Positions 17,530 through 27,842 of a stretch of DNA of 64,000 bases are shown piece after piece. The notes under the pieces were generated by a model. It was not told where the DNA came from and made no database searches. It saw only the letters and a list, made by a program, of their open reading frames with translations. Positions within the stretch are counted from its first letter, which is position 1. The number at the start of each line of letters is the position of its first letter. The translations under genes and the position numbers were made by a program. Source of the stretch: Gemmatimonadota bacterium (GTDB lineage: Bacteria > Latescibacterota > UBA2968 > UBA8231). The stretch lies in assembly GCA_038119905.1 (NCBI GenBank), contig JAYOKQ010000009.1, forward strand, positions 361 to 64,360, given 5' to 3'.

Positions 17530-18546
17530 ATGCTTATTGACGAAGTCGAAATGCTGGTTGAGTCGGGCACGGGAGGCAGCGGATGCTGCTCCTTTCGTCG
17601 GGAAAAGTACGTGCCGAGAGGGGGACCAGACGGCGGCGATGGCGGCGACGGCGGCGACGTGCTATTTGTGGTGGATCCACAGTTGGGCACGCTGCGTGAT
17701 CTGCGTTATCGCCATCACCTCAAGGCGGGGCGGGGCGAGCACGGCCAGGGAAAAAACAAAACCGGCATGCGCGGCGAAGATGCCGTTGTGCGCGTGCCGC
17801 CCGGCACGATTATTAAGTCGGAGGACGGCCAGGTCATTCGCGATTTGGTGGGCGCCGACGAGGAGTTTCTTTTTTTAAAAGGCGGCCGCGGTGGCCGCGG
17901 GAATGCGCGCTTTGCTTCGCCGAGAATGCAGGCGCCGCGCCGCGCCGACGCGGGACTACCCGGTGAGGCGGTTCCCGTTCGTCTCGAACTCAAACTGCTG
18001 GCCGACATCGGCTTGGTTGGGTTTCCCAACGCGGGTAAGTCGACGCTGCTGTCGCGGCTTTCGGCGGCCCGTCCCAAGGTGGCAGACTATCCGTTTACGA
18101 CGCTGGAACCGCATCTGGGTATCGTGCAGTGGGGAGAATACGAGAGCTTTGTTATGGCGGATCTGCCCGGACTCATTGCTGGGGCCCACGAGGGCAAGGG
18201 ACTGGGCATGCGTTTTTTGCGGCACATCGAACGGACGCGCCTGCTGCTTTTTGCCATTGACTGCACGAGTGAAACGCCGGGCGAAGATCTGGAGGCACTG
18301 CGGCACGAACTGGCTGAATTCGAAGAAGGAATGCTGCAAAAACCGTGGGGGATCGCCTATACGAAAGCCGATCTTATCGACGCCGAAGCCTTTGTCGACC
18401 CCTTGCCCGATCATCCAGCTCCGCACTTTCTCATATCCGCCGTTAGCGGACGCGGGGTCGACGAATTGGTAACGGCGCTTGGTCAGGCCGTCAATAATTT
18501 TCGCGCCGATGAGCGGACAGCTGCCGAGCAGGCCGAATCGCTGTAA
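17530..18546 (+). CDS. obg: GTPase Obg/CgtA
   Basis: Obg-fold glycine-rich GGDGGDGGDGGD, G1 GFPNAGKST, G3 DLPGLI, G4 TKAD. GAGGAAAAG SD. Confidence 0.95.
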   Translation: MLIDEVEMLVESGTGGSGCCSFRREKYVPRGGPDGGDGGDGGDVLFVVDPQLGTLRDLRYRHHLKAGRGEHGQGKNKTGMRGEDAVVRVPPGTIIKSEDGQVIRDLVGADEEFLFLKGGRGGRGNARFASPRMQAPRRADAGLPGEAVPVRLELKLLADIGLVGFPNAGKSTLLSRLSAARPKVADYPFTTLEPHLGIVQWGEYESFVMADLPGLIAGAHEGKGLGMRFLRHIERTRLLLFAIDCTSETPGEDLEALRHELAEFEEGMLQKPWGIAYTKADLIDAEAFVDPLPDHPAPHFLISAVSGRGVDELVTALGQAVNNFRADERTAAEQAESL

Positions 18547-18570
18547 CTCTCTACTGCATTTATCGCTCTT

Positions 18571-19491
18571 CTATGCTTTGGATAGAGCGATGGCTTTCAC
18601 GTCGTGTGCGGCTAGACCCGATCCTACATCGGCGTCTGGTAGCGGTAGGTTGAGAACGCGATAGCGCGCAGGGGGAAGCGCCCGCTGGACTCGTTCGACA
18701 AAGGCGCGTTGGTCCCACTGTTCATAATTCGTGCTAAAAAATAAGATGCCGTTGCTGTTTAGGACGGCGTCGATTTGGTCGAGCATGTCGTCGAGGTCTT
18801 TTTCGATGCGGAAAACCCCGCTCGGACCTCGGCCAAAAGAGGGCGGGTCGCAGACGACAATATCAAAGCGTCGTCCGCGTTTGGCGCAGCCGCGCAGGAA
18901 GTAGCGCGCGTCGGCAGACCAAAATTCGTGCTGGGTATCGTCAATGTCATTAAGCGAAAAGTTGGCCCGAGACCAATCCAAAGAGGGGCGGCTTAAGTCG
19001 ACGCTGACCACCTGCTGTGCTCCTCCTGCGGCTGCGTTTAAGCTAAAACCCCCTGTGTATGAAAAGAGATTGAGAACGAGGCATCCGCTGGAAGCGGTGC
19101 GAAGCCAACGGCGGTTGGCGCGTTGGTCGAGAAAGAGACCCGGAGAAAGGCCCTGCGTGCGGCGAAGGTAGAAAGACAGGCCCTCCTCGGTGGCGACCCA
19201 CTCGTCGGGCATATCGGCGTAGTGCTGTTGGCGCGCCTGAGGATCGCGTCCCCGCTGCTGCATGTGCTGTGCACACCAGTATTGACCGCCTGCCGCTTCG
19301 GTAAAGAGCGGCATGGCCGCTAAGTGATCTGACCTGGGTTCGCCGTAGCAATAAAACCAGCAAACGGGACCGAAGCGGTCGCAGCGAATGTGCGGATCTT
19401 CAGCGTGTAGCAAGCGCAGCGTGGCCGTTTCAGTTAGGTCGAAGTGCTGGCGCCGCTGTTCGAGGGCGCGTTGCCAATGGTCGGGTATCAA
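18571..19491 (-). CDS. Class I SAM-dependent (RlmI/RlmK-like) methyltransferase
   Basis: SAM-binding LNLFSYTGGFS and CDPPSF motifs, typical of RlmI-type rRNA m5C methyltransferases. It is shorter than RlmI and has no obvious PUA domain. Confidence 0.7.
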   Translation of the reverse strand: MIPDHWQRALEQRRQHFDLTETATLRLLHAEDPHIRCDRFGPVCWFYCYGEPRSDHLAAMPLFTEAAGGQYWCAQHMQQRGRDPQARQQHYADMPDEWVATEEGLSFYLRRTQGLSPGLFLDQRANRRWLRTASSGCLVLNLFSYTGGFSLNAAAGGAQQVVSVDLSRPSLDWSRANFSLNDIDDTQHEFWSADARYFLRGCAKRGRRFDIVVCDPPSFGRGPSGVFRIEKDLDDMLDQIDAVLNSNGILFFSTNYEQWDQRAFVERVQRALPPARYRVLNLPLPDADVGSGLAAHDVKAIALSKA

Positions 19492-19583
19492 GCGAACTCG
19501 TCGATGGATAGTCGTTGTCGTTTGCTGTACAGGGCTATAAGGTAAGGCGCCGCCTTGTACATGCGAAATGGATTGAGATTAGT

Positions 19584-20192
19584 ATGCCGGGATATCCCGT
19601 TGCCGTCGGGCATTCAGAAATCGAGCTGCACGTTAAGAATTCGCGCTTTATCGGCCGCGCGGGCACGGCCGCTAGCGTAGACGAAGCCAAGGCGTTTATT
19701 GCTGATATACGCCAGCGCTTTCCCGATGCGTCCCACCACTGTTATGCCTTTGCCGCTGGCTATGGGGCCACCGTTACGCACGGAATGAGCGATGACGGCG
19801 AGCCGTCGGGGACGGCGGGACGTCCCATGCTGGCCGTCGTGCAGGGTGCTGATATCGGCGATGTCGTCGTCGTTGCTACGCGCTACTTTGGTGGTACAAA
19901 GCTGGGGACGGGCGGTCTCGTTAAGGCCTATACCGAGACGGCTCAGGCAGCGCTTGCCGATCTGCGTGTCGAACTAAAAGTCGATACGGTGCTGCTGCGC
20001 GTCGTCCTACACTACGATAGCTACGCTCCTTGCCGCAAGCGGATAGAAGACCTCGGAGGCGTAGTCGAAGACGAGGAATATGCCGCTTCGGTCGTCTTGC
20101 TCGTGCGCGCGGAGGTCGAGATTGTCGATTCACTGCGCAGTGCCCTCGGCGATATGACGGCGGGCCGAGCATTGGTCGATCCAGTAGGGTGA
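19584..20192 (+). CDS. YigZ / IMPACT family protein
   Basis: KNSRFIG, HHCYAF and DDGEPSGTAGRPML motifs of the UPF0029/IMPACT family. ATG 19584 is preferred to TTG 19515. Confidence 0.8.
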   Translation: MPGYPVAVGHSEIELHVKNSRFIGRAGTAASVDEAKAFIADIRQRFPDASHHCYAFAAGYGATVTHGMSDDGEPSGTAGRPMLAVVQGADIGDVVVVATRYFGGTKLGTGGLVKAYTETAQAALADLRVELKVDTVLLRVVLHYDSYAPCRKRIEDLGGVVEDEEYAASVVLLVRAEVEIVDSLRSALGDMTAGRALVDPVG

Positions 20193-20194
20193 TC

Positions 20195-22744
20195 CTATTC
20201 TGCCCAGTGAACCAAGCCCATCTCCCGTCCATCGTCTAGGTCGGGATGAGCGGGTAGGACGCGCAGCGTATATCCGTGTGAACCCGACTCAGTGCAGGTG
20301 TAGATTCCCTTGAAATGGTGCAAGCCGTTGCTCGTCCCGCTGGCTTCGAGCGGGTAGCTGTGCGCGTCGGTAAACTCCTGCTGTGCGTTGAGCCGACCGG
20401 CGTAGAGCTCGATACGCACGTCGGTCGGAGCCAGTTCGCCTAGGGTTAGCGAGGCACGGATGGGGACCTGCATGCCTACTTTGAGCGGAGAGGGCCAATC
20501 GCCATCCAAGCTGCGAATGCTGACTTGAGTCCACTGGGAGCGGACGCGTTCCTTCCATTCTGTCAAACGCTCGGCGCGTTCTTTGTCCTCGTGCAGCGTC
20601 TGCCAGCGGGCGTGGTTGGGCAGGTACATATGTTCGGCGTATTCGCGCACCATGCGCTGCGTATTGAAAAAGGGCGCCAGTTCGGCGATGGTTTCTTTCA
20701 TGCGAGCAATCCACTCGCGCGGCAGATCGTCGTCGTCGCGGCGGTAAAATAGCGGAATGACTTCTGTTTCTAGTAGGTCATACAGCGCGTTTGATTCAAC
20801 TTCGTCTTGGTAGTGCTCGTCTTCGTAGTCCTCGCCCAGGCCAATCGTCCACCCCGAGTGCATGTGACATGCTTCTTCCCACCAGCCGTCCAACACGCTG
20901 ACGTTGAGCACGCCGTTAAGGGCGGCTTTCATGCCGGAGGTTCCGCTGGCTTCCATTGGCCGACGCGGCGTATTGAGCCACACGTCGCAGCCCTGTACTA
21001 GATAGCGAGCGACGTTCATATCGTAGTCTTGCAAAAAGAAAACGCGCCCGTTAAACGGCTCTTGACGGGCCAAGTGAACAATATCGCGGATGAGCTCTTT
21101 GCCGGGCGCATCCTGTGGATGGGCCTTGCCTGCAAAGAGGATCTGCAGCGGGCGGTCCTCATCGGCAAAGAGCGTGGCCAGTCGCTCTAGGTCGCGAAAG
21201 AGCAGCGTGCCTCGTTTGTAGGTGGCAAAGCGTCGCGCAAAGCCAATGGTAAGAGCGCGTGGGTTGAGTTGATGAACGTGCTGGTCCACGCGGGCGGGGG
21301 ACAGCCCCTGTCGTTCGAGCTGGTTGCGCAGGTGAAAGCGCGCAAAATCGACCAGCCGCTGTCGGCGGTTTTGATGCGTGTCCCACAGGGCGCGGTCGGG
21401 CAGGTCGTAGATACCGGACCAAGTTGACGGATCCTGCTGCGCATCACGCCAGTCGGCGCCCAAGTGGCGATCAAATAACTCGGCCATTTCGAGCGCAGTC
21501 CAACTCTGCAGGTGGACGCCGTTGGTGATGGATCCAATGGGCACTTCTCCCTCATCAAAGCGCGGCCACATGCCGTGCCACATCTGCCGGCTGACGTGAC
21601 CGTGGAGCTGGCTGACCCCGTTGGCCCGTCCCGAAAGGCGCAGTGCGAGGACCGTCATACAGAAGGCGGATTGGGGGTCGTTGGGATCCATACGGCCTAG
21701 GCCGAGAAACTCTTCGCGCGACAGACCAAGTGCTTCGCGTAAGGGATGTAGATGCGCTTCAACGAGATCGGGATGGAACCAATCGTTGCCAGCAGCTACC
21801 GGTGTGTGCGTGGTGAATACGTTGCCAACGGCGCTGGCCTCGCGGGCGGTGGCAAAGGAGAGGCCGTCGTCATGCATGAGCTGGCGAATGCGTTCGAGCG
21901 CGAGAAAAGCCGAATGCCCTTCGTTCATATGGCATACAGAAGGGTGAATACCCATGCGCCACAGTGCGCGCAGGCCACCGACGCCGAGCAGGACCTCCTG
22001 ACGTATGCGCATTGCGGTATCGCCGCCGTAGAGGCGCGCCGTGATATCGCGTTCGGCCGGTGTGTTCTCGGAGACGTTGGCATCGAGTAAATACAGTGCG
22101 ATGCTGCCGACGGTTGCCTTCCAAATGCGTGCGTGAACGGTGCCGTCGGCCAGCGGGGTTTGAACCATTAGGGGGGAGCCGTCTTGATCACAGACCGGCT
22201 CAATCGGCATCTGGTAAAAGTCGTTGACTGGATAGCGCTCCATTTGCCAGCCGTCGGCGTTGAGTGCCTGGCGAAAATAGCCCTCGCGGTAGAGCAGGCC
22301 GACGCCGACCAATGGGAGCCCAAGATCGCTGGCGGCCTTGAGATGATCTCCGGCCAATATGCCCAATCCGCCCGAGTAAATACGCAGGCCTTCACTGAGG
22401 CCAAACTCGGCTGAAAAATAGGCAACCTGCAGCGCGCTGCCGCTGTGCGCTTGGTCAAACCACGTGGCGCGTTGTTGGTAGTGCTGATATTCCTGTACGA
22501 CCTCTCCAATACGGGCGCTTAGGGGGCCGTCTTCCATCAGCTTTTGCAGCTGTTCGTTGGGTAAACTGGCTAAGAACCGCCGCGGGTCGCGGCCGCAGGC
22601 AATCCACGTTTCCGGATCAATCTGCTGCAGCGTGCGGATGGTTTTCGAACTCCAGGTCCACCACAAATTGTGGGCTAAATCCCAAAGAGGAGTCAGGTCT
22701 TCGGGCAGGGAAGGCAGTACATTAAGGCGATAGATAGGTTTCAT
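20195..22744 (-). CDS. glgP: Alpha-glucan (glycogen/maltodextrin) phosphorylase, GT35
   Basis: 849 aa. PLP-lysine motif EASGTSGMKAALNG. SGGLGILAGDHLK near the N-terminus. Confidence 0.9.
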   Translation of the reverse strand: MKPIYRLNVLPSLPEDLTPLWDLAHNLWWTWSSKTIRTLQQIDPETWIACGRDPRRFLASLPNEQLQKLMEDGPLSARIGEVVQEYQHYQQRATWFDQAHSGSALQVAYFSAEFGLSEGLRIYSGGLGILAGDHLKAASDLGLPLVGVGLLYREGYFRQALNADGWQMERYPVNDFYQMPIEPVCDQDGSPLMVQTPLADGTVHARIWKATVGSIALYLLDANVSENTPAERDITARLYGGDTAMRIRQEVLLGVGGLRALWRMGIHPSVCHMNEGHSAFLALERIRQLMHDDGLSFATAREASAVGNVFTTHTPVAAGNDWFHPDLVEAHLHPLREALGLSREEFLGLGRMDPNDPQSAFCMTVLALRLSGRANGVSQLHGHVSRQMWHGMWPRFDEGEVPIGSITNGVHLQSWTALEMAELFDRHLGADWRDAQQDPSTWSGIYDLPDRALWDTHQNRRQRLVDFARFHLRNQLERQGLSPARVDQHVHQLNPRALTIGFARRFATYKRGTLLFRDLERLATLFADEDRPLQILFAGKAHPQDAPGKELIRDIVHLARQEPFNGRVFFLQDYDMNVARYLVQGCDVWLNTPRRPMEASGTSGMKAALNGVLNVSVLDGWWEEACHMHSGWTIGLGEDYEDEHYQDEVESNALYDLLETEVIPLFYRRDDDDLPREWIARMKETIAELAPFFNTQRMVREYAEHMYLPNHARWQTLHEDKERAERLTEWKERVRSQWTQVSIRSLDGDWPSPLKVGMQVPIRASLTLGELAPTDVRIELYAGRLNAQQEFTDAHSYPLEASGTSNGLHHFKGIYTCTESGSHGYTLRVLPAHPDLDDGREMGLVHWAE

Positions 22745-22841
22745 TGCGAACCCTTTGGAGCTGGTCGTGAGATGGTATAGGCGGGGGCGTTGAGTAGCTA
22801 ATAAGAACGGATCGACCTCGACTTTGTCAAGCGGTCAAAAT

Positions 22842-22869
22842 TTGCAAAAAGTTATACAAATATTATACT
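22842..22869 (+). promoter_or_regulatory. Sigma70-like promoter TTGCAA-16 nt-TATACT upstream of the sugar isomerase gene
   Basis: TTGCAA at 22842-22847 and TATACT at 22864-22869, in an AT-rich divergent intergenic region. Prediction by eye only. Confidence 0.4.
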
Positions 22870-22906
22870 TAGCGCGGTTTTTTAATGGCGTTAATCAGGA
22901 GGATAT

Positions 22907-23917
22907 ATGGGCGCTAAACCAGAAGTAATTATCAGCGGATTTGCCGACGAAGGGCCGGTCGATAAAAAGGCCGAATCGCAGCTGACGATGCTGTCGGCAC
23001 TCGGTATGAGCTACTACAGCGTGCGCTTTGTCGATGTCGGGGGGGGAGTGAAAAACGCCATGCAGTTAACGCGAGGCGAGGTCAAGCGGCTGTGTGCGCT
23101 CCACGGAGATTTTGGCGTTCGCGTGTCATCGCTCGGGTCGCCAATAGGCAAAGTCAAACTCTTGGACGTCGAGGACGGTTCGACGAACGCGTTTGTCCCG
23201 TTTACCCGCTACGTGAAAAACGACGTGCGGCGCGCCGTTGATTTAGCAGGAGCGCTAGGAACGCGTCTGATGCGCGGCTTTTCCTTTTACCATCCGCGCG
23301 GCACGGATCCGGCCGATTACCTAGATCAGGCTGCCGAACGCCTGCACGCCATTTGCGAAGAATGTCGGCGCGGCGATGTGCTCTTCGGGCTCGAAGTCGA
23401 GGCCAACCTCATTGGCCAAAATGGCCAGCTGTTAAAGCAGCTGCATAAAAAGGTCGACCACCCCAATCTCCATCTCATTTTCGACGGCGGTAACTTGGCT
23501 AGCCAGAACTTGACCCCTGTCGAGACAGTTGCTCAGTATCATGCCATGCGAGCGGGCATTGGTTGGATGCACATAAAGGACTACCAGATCGATCCCAAGC
23601 TGAAATGGCAGGGACACGTCGACGAGGAACGCTTAAAGAACTTTGTGCCGGCCGACCGAGGCGACTCGGGGCACGAAGCCATTTTGCGCGATTTCGCAAC
23701 GCGCATTCCAGCGCTGGAGCGCAAGCTGAAAAAGGTGGGTATTCCCGGCGTCTTTCTCGATCTCGAACCGCATCTTAAGGGCGGGGGGCAGTTTGGCGGA
23801 TTTAGTGGCGTGGATGGATTTGGCGTTGCCCTGCGCGCACTATGCGATCTGCTGGACTACGTAGGTATTGGCTATAGACTGACCGACTATACAGATATTG
23901 CCGCGCAAAAGGGGTGA
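22907..23917 (+). CDS. Sugar phosphate isomerase/epimerase (xylose isomerase-like TIM barrel)
   Basis: General resemblance to the AP_endonuc_2 / xylose-isomerase-like family (LEVEAN..., IFDGGN..., HIKD). AGGAGG SD. Confidence 0.6.
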   Translation: MGAKPEVIISGFADEGPVDKKAESQLTMLSALGMSYYSVRFVDVGGGVKNAMQLTRGEVKRLCALHGDFGVRVSSLGSPIGKVKLLDVEDGSTNAFVPFTRYVKNDVRRAVDLAGALGTRLMRGFSFYHPRGTDPADYLDQAAERLHAICEECRRGDVLFGLEVEANLIGQNGQLLKQLHKKVDHPNLHLIFDGGNLASQNLTPVETVAQYHAMRAGIGWMHIKDYQIDPKLKWQGHVDEERLKNFVPADRGDSGHEAILRDFATRIPALERKLKKVGIPGVFLDLEPHLKGGGQFGGFSGVDGFGVALRALCDLLDYVGIGYRLTDYTDIAAQKG

Positions 23918-23942
23918 GCAGCTCTTTCGTCTGATGGTTTCT

Positions 23943-23980
23943 GGCGGGGCGCGATTTCTTCGCACCCCGCCCTATTTTTT
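23943..23980 (+). terminator. Rho-independent terminator after the sugar isomerase gene
   Basis: GGCGGGGCGCG / CGCACCCCGCC stem (one mismatch) followed by TTTTTT at 23975-23980. It sits between convergent genes. Confidence 0.6.
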
Positions 23981-25214
23981 ATAAGCCGCGCGCGACTAGT
24001 TCGGCGTGTCGCTTGGTAAATGCGGCGCTCTTTCGCTCCTCAATAACTTCCAGATCCACGCCGCGCGTAAAGCCAGGCAGGTTGCCGTCGTAGAATGCGC
24101 GCTGGTAGTTGGCCTCGTCCGTAAATTCCCAGACTCTCTTTTGCCGGCCTACGCCGGGCCAGGTGATGCGCAGGATGCGTTTCTTGCTCCGGTAGACCTG
24201 CTTGGGAGTGGGCTCGCGCTCGTCAACGCGGTACTTTTCTATGGCTTTCTCATCTACCTGCACGCCGAGTCCGGGGCCTTCCGGGACCGCTATATAGCCG
24301 TCGATTACGTCCAGGCGGTCTTTCAGCAGCGTGCTCTGCCACAGTTCCCAGCAGGTGATGTAGGGAAGTTGGGCGTGGGATAAGACCGAGCCGAGGTGAG
24401 CCGCATAGGCGGTGGTGATGCCGGTTCCGACTAGCTGTAACCAAAAGGGTTTGTTGTGGTTGGCTGCCAGTGCACCATGATACAGCGTGGCGCTGGTCCC
24501 ACTGCCGATGACAAAGCCGTCGCTGCAGTCATTGCGCAGATACTGTTCCTGAAAGTGCTCGACGATGGGTTTGCGCACGCGCTCGCGCAGGATGCGCGCC
24601 CCGTCGACGTCGCGGTGCAGATAGAATGGACTTTCGTAGATGCCGACGTTGGGATTTTCGTCCAACTGATGCAGGATAATCTCGGCTCGCGCTTGGTTGA
24701 GCAGGAATCCGTTAAAGTCGACGTCAAACTGGTAGTCGGCGGGAACGACCTTGGCTACGGCATCGGTCTGGGCGATGATATCGCGCCAGGGACGCGCCTT
24801 CATCTTAAAGGTCGTATAGCCTCGCTTGATCGATTCCTTCGCCTCTGCGGCCCAGTCGGCTGCCGGCATGTCGATATCCCACCAGGAAACGGCGCAGCGC
24901 TGGCGCACCTGCTGTCCGAGCAGCGCGTGTATCGGCACGTCGTTGGCTTGGCCGACGAGGTCTAAGCAGGCTAGCTGGGGGCCGAAACCAATGTCGTCGC
25001 GCAGCATGAGAGCGGCCGGATTCTGGCCGATGAGCCCATCGACCGAAGGAGGGGCATTGGTGTGATCTCCCCAGCCAACGAGTCCGCTGTCGGTCTCTAA
25101 TCGGTAGACGTAGACGCGCTCGTCGTGCGTCTGGGCTCGGTGCATCGCCCGCGTAACGCGGGGTGCATAAAAGGGAATGTTGAGCGCTATGCGCTCGGCG
25201 CGTATTATCTTCAT
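23979..25214 (-). CDS. Enolase superfamily (mandelate racemase/muconate lactonizing enzyme family) protein
   Basis: FKMKA (KxK), DVDFNG and IYESPF metal-ligand motifs in the MR-type order. Confidence 0.7.
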   Translation of the reverse strand: MKIIRAERIALNIPFYAPRVTRAMHRAQTHDERVYVYRLETDSGLVGWGDHTNAPPSVDGLIGQNPAALMLRDDIGFGPQLACLDLVGQANDVPIHALLGQQVRQRCAVSWWDIDMPAADWAAEAKESIKRGYTTFKMKARPWRDIIAQTDAVAKVVPADYQFDVDFNGFLLNQARAEIILHQLDENPNVGIYESPFYLHRDVDGARILRERVRKPIVEHFQEQYLRNDCSDGFVIGSGTSATLYHGALAANHNKPFWLQLVGTGITTAYAAHLGSVLSHAQLPYITCWELWQSTLLKDRLDVIDGYIAVPEGPGLGVQVDEKAIEKYRVDEREPTPKQVYRSKKRILRITWPGVGRQKRVWEFTDEANYQRAFYDGNLPGFTRGVDLEVIEERKSAAFTKRHAELVARGL

Positions 25215-25296
25215 GGCGTTGCCTCGGCGAGAAGGTCGTTGTGGGATGAAAGGGACGCTTGATCGGACAATCTAACGAAGTCATGGAAGGGGCGAA

Positions 25297-26793
25297 ATGA
25301 GCAAACCGTACGAGACGTTTTTGACGCGAATACAGGAGCTGGCCGATTTGAGTCACGCTCAGTCGCTGCTGAGCTGGGATCAGGAAACCTATATGCCGCC
25401 GAAAGGGGCTCCTATGAGAGCGCGGGCCCAAGGGACGCTGGCCGGTTTGGAGCACGAGCGATTAACCGATAGCACGTTAGTTCAGCTGGTGCGCGACCTG
25501 CAGGACGCCGATCTGGTTGGCGATGCGGCCGTCAATGTACGCGAGATGGCGCGCCAGCAGGAGCGCGCGCTGAAAATTCCCGGTGCGCTGGTCGTCGAGA
25601 TGACGCAAACCGCATCGCTGGCGCACGAAGCATGGGTCGAGGCGCGAGCGAAGGCGGACTTTTCTATTTTTCAGCCGTGGTTGGAAAAGATTCTCGGCCA
25701 GAAGCGTCAGGTCGCCGATCTGGTCGGTTTTGAAGGGTCTATTTACAACGCGCTGTTGGACGAGTATGAGCCCTATGCAAAGACCGAGGAAATTGGGCCG
25801 CTCTTTGTCGATTTGCGCGCGCAGCTCGTTCCCCTGGTAGAGTCGATTGTCGCTACGGGGCGTCGCCCGGCCGACGGGCTGCTCGATCGCACCTTTGACG
25901 TGGCCATTCAGGAGCGCTTTGGACGCGGGGTGATCGCCGATATGGGATTTGATATGGAAGCGGGTCGACTCGATGTGGCGGTCCATCCTTTTTGCTCTGG
26001 CACTTCGCGGGACGATGTGCGCCTTACGACGCGCTATGCGGCCGACTGGATGCCGGGTTCGCTGTTTGGTTCCATTCACGAGGCCGGGCACGGTCTGTAT
26101 GAACAGGGACTGCCGGCCGATGCGGTGGGCCTGCCGGCTGGTCAAAGCGTGTCGCTGGGTATCCATGAGTCGCAGTCGCGCATGTGGGAGAATATGGTCG
26201 GGCGCAGCCGTCCATTCTGGCAGCACTATTTTCCGCTGCTGCAGGCCGCTTTTCCCGGCGTTATCGACGACGTCGATCTCGATCAGTTTTACGCGGCGAT
26301 CAATCAGGTGGAGCCGTCCCTAATCCGCGTAGAAGCGGACGAGGTGACCTACAATCTGCACATCGCGCTGCGCTTTGAAATCGAGGTGGATCTGATGGAA
26401 GGCCGGCTGAGCGTTGATCAACTGCCGGAGGCCTGGAACGCTAAAATGCAGGACTATTTGGGCATTGTGCCGCCCGACGATGCCCAGGGCGTTCTGCAGG
26501 ACGTGCACTGGTCTTTTGGGGGCATCGGCTACTTTTCAACTTACTCGCTCGGAAACCTCTACGCAGCCCAGTTGTTTCATCAGGCGCAAGAAGATATGCC
26601 CGATCTCATGGAACAGATTGGCGCCGGCCAGCTGCTGGGACTCAAGGGATGGCTCAATAAGAACGTGCACGAACACGGCGCGCGCTTAACGGCAGCCGAG
26701 CTCGTTGAGCACGTAACGGGGGAACCGCTTTCGGCACGCTATTTTACCGACTATTTGCACGCTAAATTCGGACCGCTTTACAGCGCGGCTTAA
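25297..26793 (+). CDS. Carboxypeptidase M32 (Taq-type)
   Basis: HEAGHGLYEQG zinc motif, VAVHPFC, and IRVEADEVTYNLHI, typical of M32. Confidence 0.9.
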   Translation: MSKPYETFLTRIQELADLSHAQSLLSWDQETYMPPKGAPMRARAQGTLAGLEHERLTDSTLVQLVRDLQDADLVGDAAVNVREMARQQERALKIPGALVVEMTQTASLAHEAWVEARAKADFSIFQPWLEKILGQKRQVADLVGFEGSIYNALLDEYEPYAKTEEIGPLFVDLRAQLVPLVESIVATGRRPADGLLDRTFDVAIQERFGRGVIADMGFDMEAGRLDVAVHPFCSGTSRDDVRLTTRYAADWMPGSLFGSIHEAGHGLYEQGLPADAVGLPAGQSVSLGIHESQSRMWENMVGRSRPFWQHYFPLLQAAFPGVIDDVDLDQFYAAINQVEPSLIRVEADEVTYNLHIALRFEIEVDLMEGRLSVDQLPEAWNAKMQDYLGIVPPDDAQGVLQDVHWSFGGIGYFSTYSLGNLYAAQLFHQAQEDMPDLMEQIGAGQLLGLKGWLNKNVHEHGARLTAAELVEHVTGEPLSARYFTDYLHAKFGPLYSAA

Positions 26794-27809
26794 CCGGCGA
26801 CCTGAGCGAATACACGCAGCCAGTTGAGTCCCAAGAATTTTTCTAGGGCCTCATCGTCGTACCCGCGCGCGGCTAGACCGGCGGTGATCTGAGGTAGGAC
26901 CGTGGCGTCTTTGATCAGATCGCCGCCGCCGTCGAAGTCGGAACCGAGGCCTACGTGGTCAATGCCGGCTACTTCGATGGCGTGCTCAATGTGGTCGAGC
27001 AGTCCTTCAAAGCTCGGTTTGCTGTCGGAAACAAAAAACGGGACAAAGGTGATGCCGACTACGCCGCCCCCTTCGGCCAGCGCCTTGAGCTGGTCGTCGC
27101 GCAGGTTACGCGGGTGATCGCACAGGGCGCGACAGCAGTTGTGGGTGCCGACGATTGGGTGTTGGCTGCGCTCGATCGCATCCCAAAAACCGCGTTCGTT
27201 GATGTGCGATATATCGACGAGAATGCCAAGTTCGTTCATCTGTTCAACGAGTCGGACGCCAAAGTCGGTTAGTCCACCTCCCCCTTCGACCTCGCAGCCA
27301 TCTGCTGCAAATGAGCGCGTGCTGTGGGTCAGCGTTATGCTGCGCACGCCGATCTGATGCAGTAGCGGTAGCACGTAGAGACTCTTTTCCAACGCATCGC
27401 TGTTTTCTATGGCCAAGACCGCGGCCCGTTTACCCGCCCGTTTTGCCTCGAGGATGTCATCGGCGCTGCGCGCAACGGTGATCTCATCGGAAAAAGCTTC
27501 TATTTCGCCAATTAGATAACCCAGCGCATCGAGTCCGTAGAGCAGGTGGTTGCCCCAGGGGCGAGTGCAGTCGACGGCGAAAAAGCCCGCGTCGAGGCCG
27601 CCGGCCTTCATCTTGGGTAAATCGAGTTGGACAGATTCGTTACCCAGAGGAGTCTCGTATTGGCGTAAGTAGGCTACGGCGCCAGCGCGCGCTTTCCAAT
27701 CGGAGGGCTGGCTGCCGTCGAGGCGCAGATTGCCGCGGCGAATCAGGGCAATCATACTGTCGTTATGTGCGTCGATAACGAGCGCACGTTCGTGTAGATT
27801 GGTGTTCAT
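26790..27809 (-). CDS. Membrane dipeptidase family M19
   Basis: VIDAHNDS, LAIENS, ITLTHS and VDISHIN metal-ligand motifs. Confidence 0.85.
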   Translation of the reverse strand: MNTNLHERALVIDAHNDSMIALIRRGNLRLDGSQPSDWKARAGAVAYLRQYETPLGNESVQLDLPKMKAGGLDAGFFAVDCTRPWGNHLLYGLDALGYLIGEIEAFSDEITVARSADDILEAKRAGKRAAVLAIENSDALEKSLYVLPLLHQIGVRSITLTHSTRSFAADGCEVEGGGGLTDFGVRLVEQMNELGILVDISHINERGFWDAIERSQHPIVGTHNCCRALCDHPRNLRDDQLKALAEGGGVVGITFVPFFVSDSKPSFEGLLDHIEHAIEVAGIDHVGLGSDFDGGGDLIKDATVLPQITAGLAARGYDDEALEKFLGLNWLRVFAQVAG

Positions 27810-27842
27810 TTTACAGGCTTTCTTAGGAATCCCACAGTCGCC

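Noticed and set aside
16935-17690. 251-aa antisense ORF spanning the SDR/obg junction, and similar ones at 5084..5740, 24805..25455, 25477..26226, 37709..38299 and 53923..54453
   Set aside because: Same reasoning. They overlap well-supported genes on the other strand and look like GC-driven open frames.
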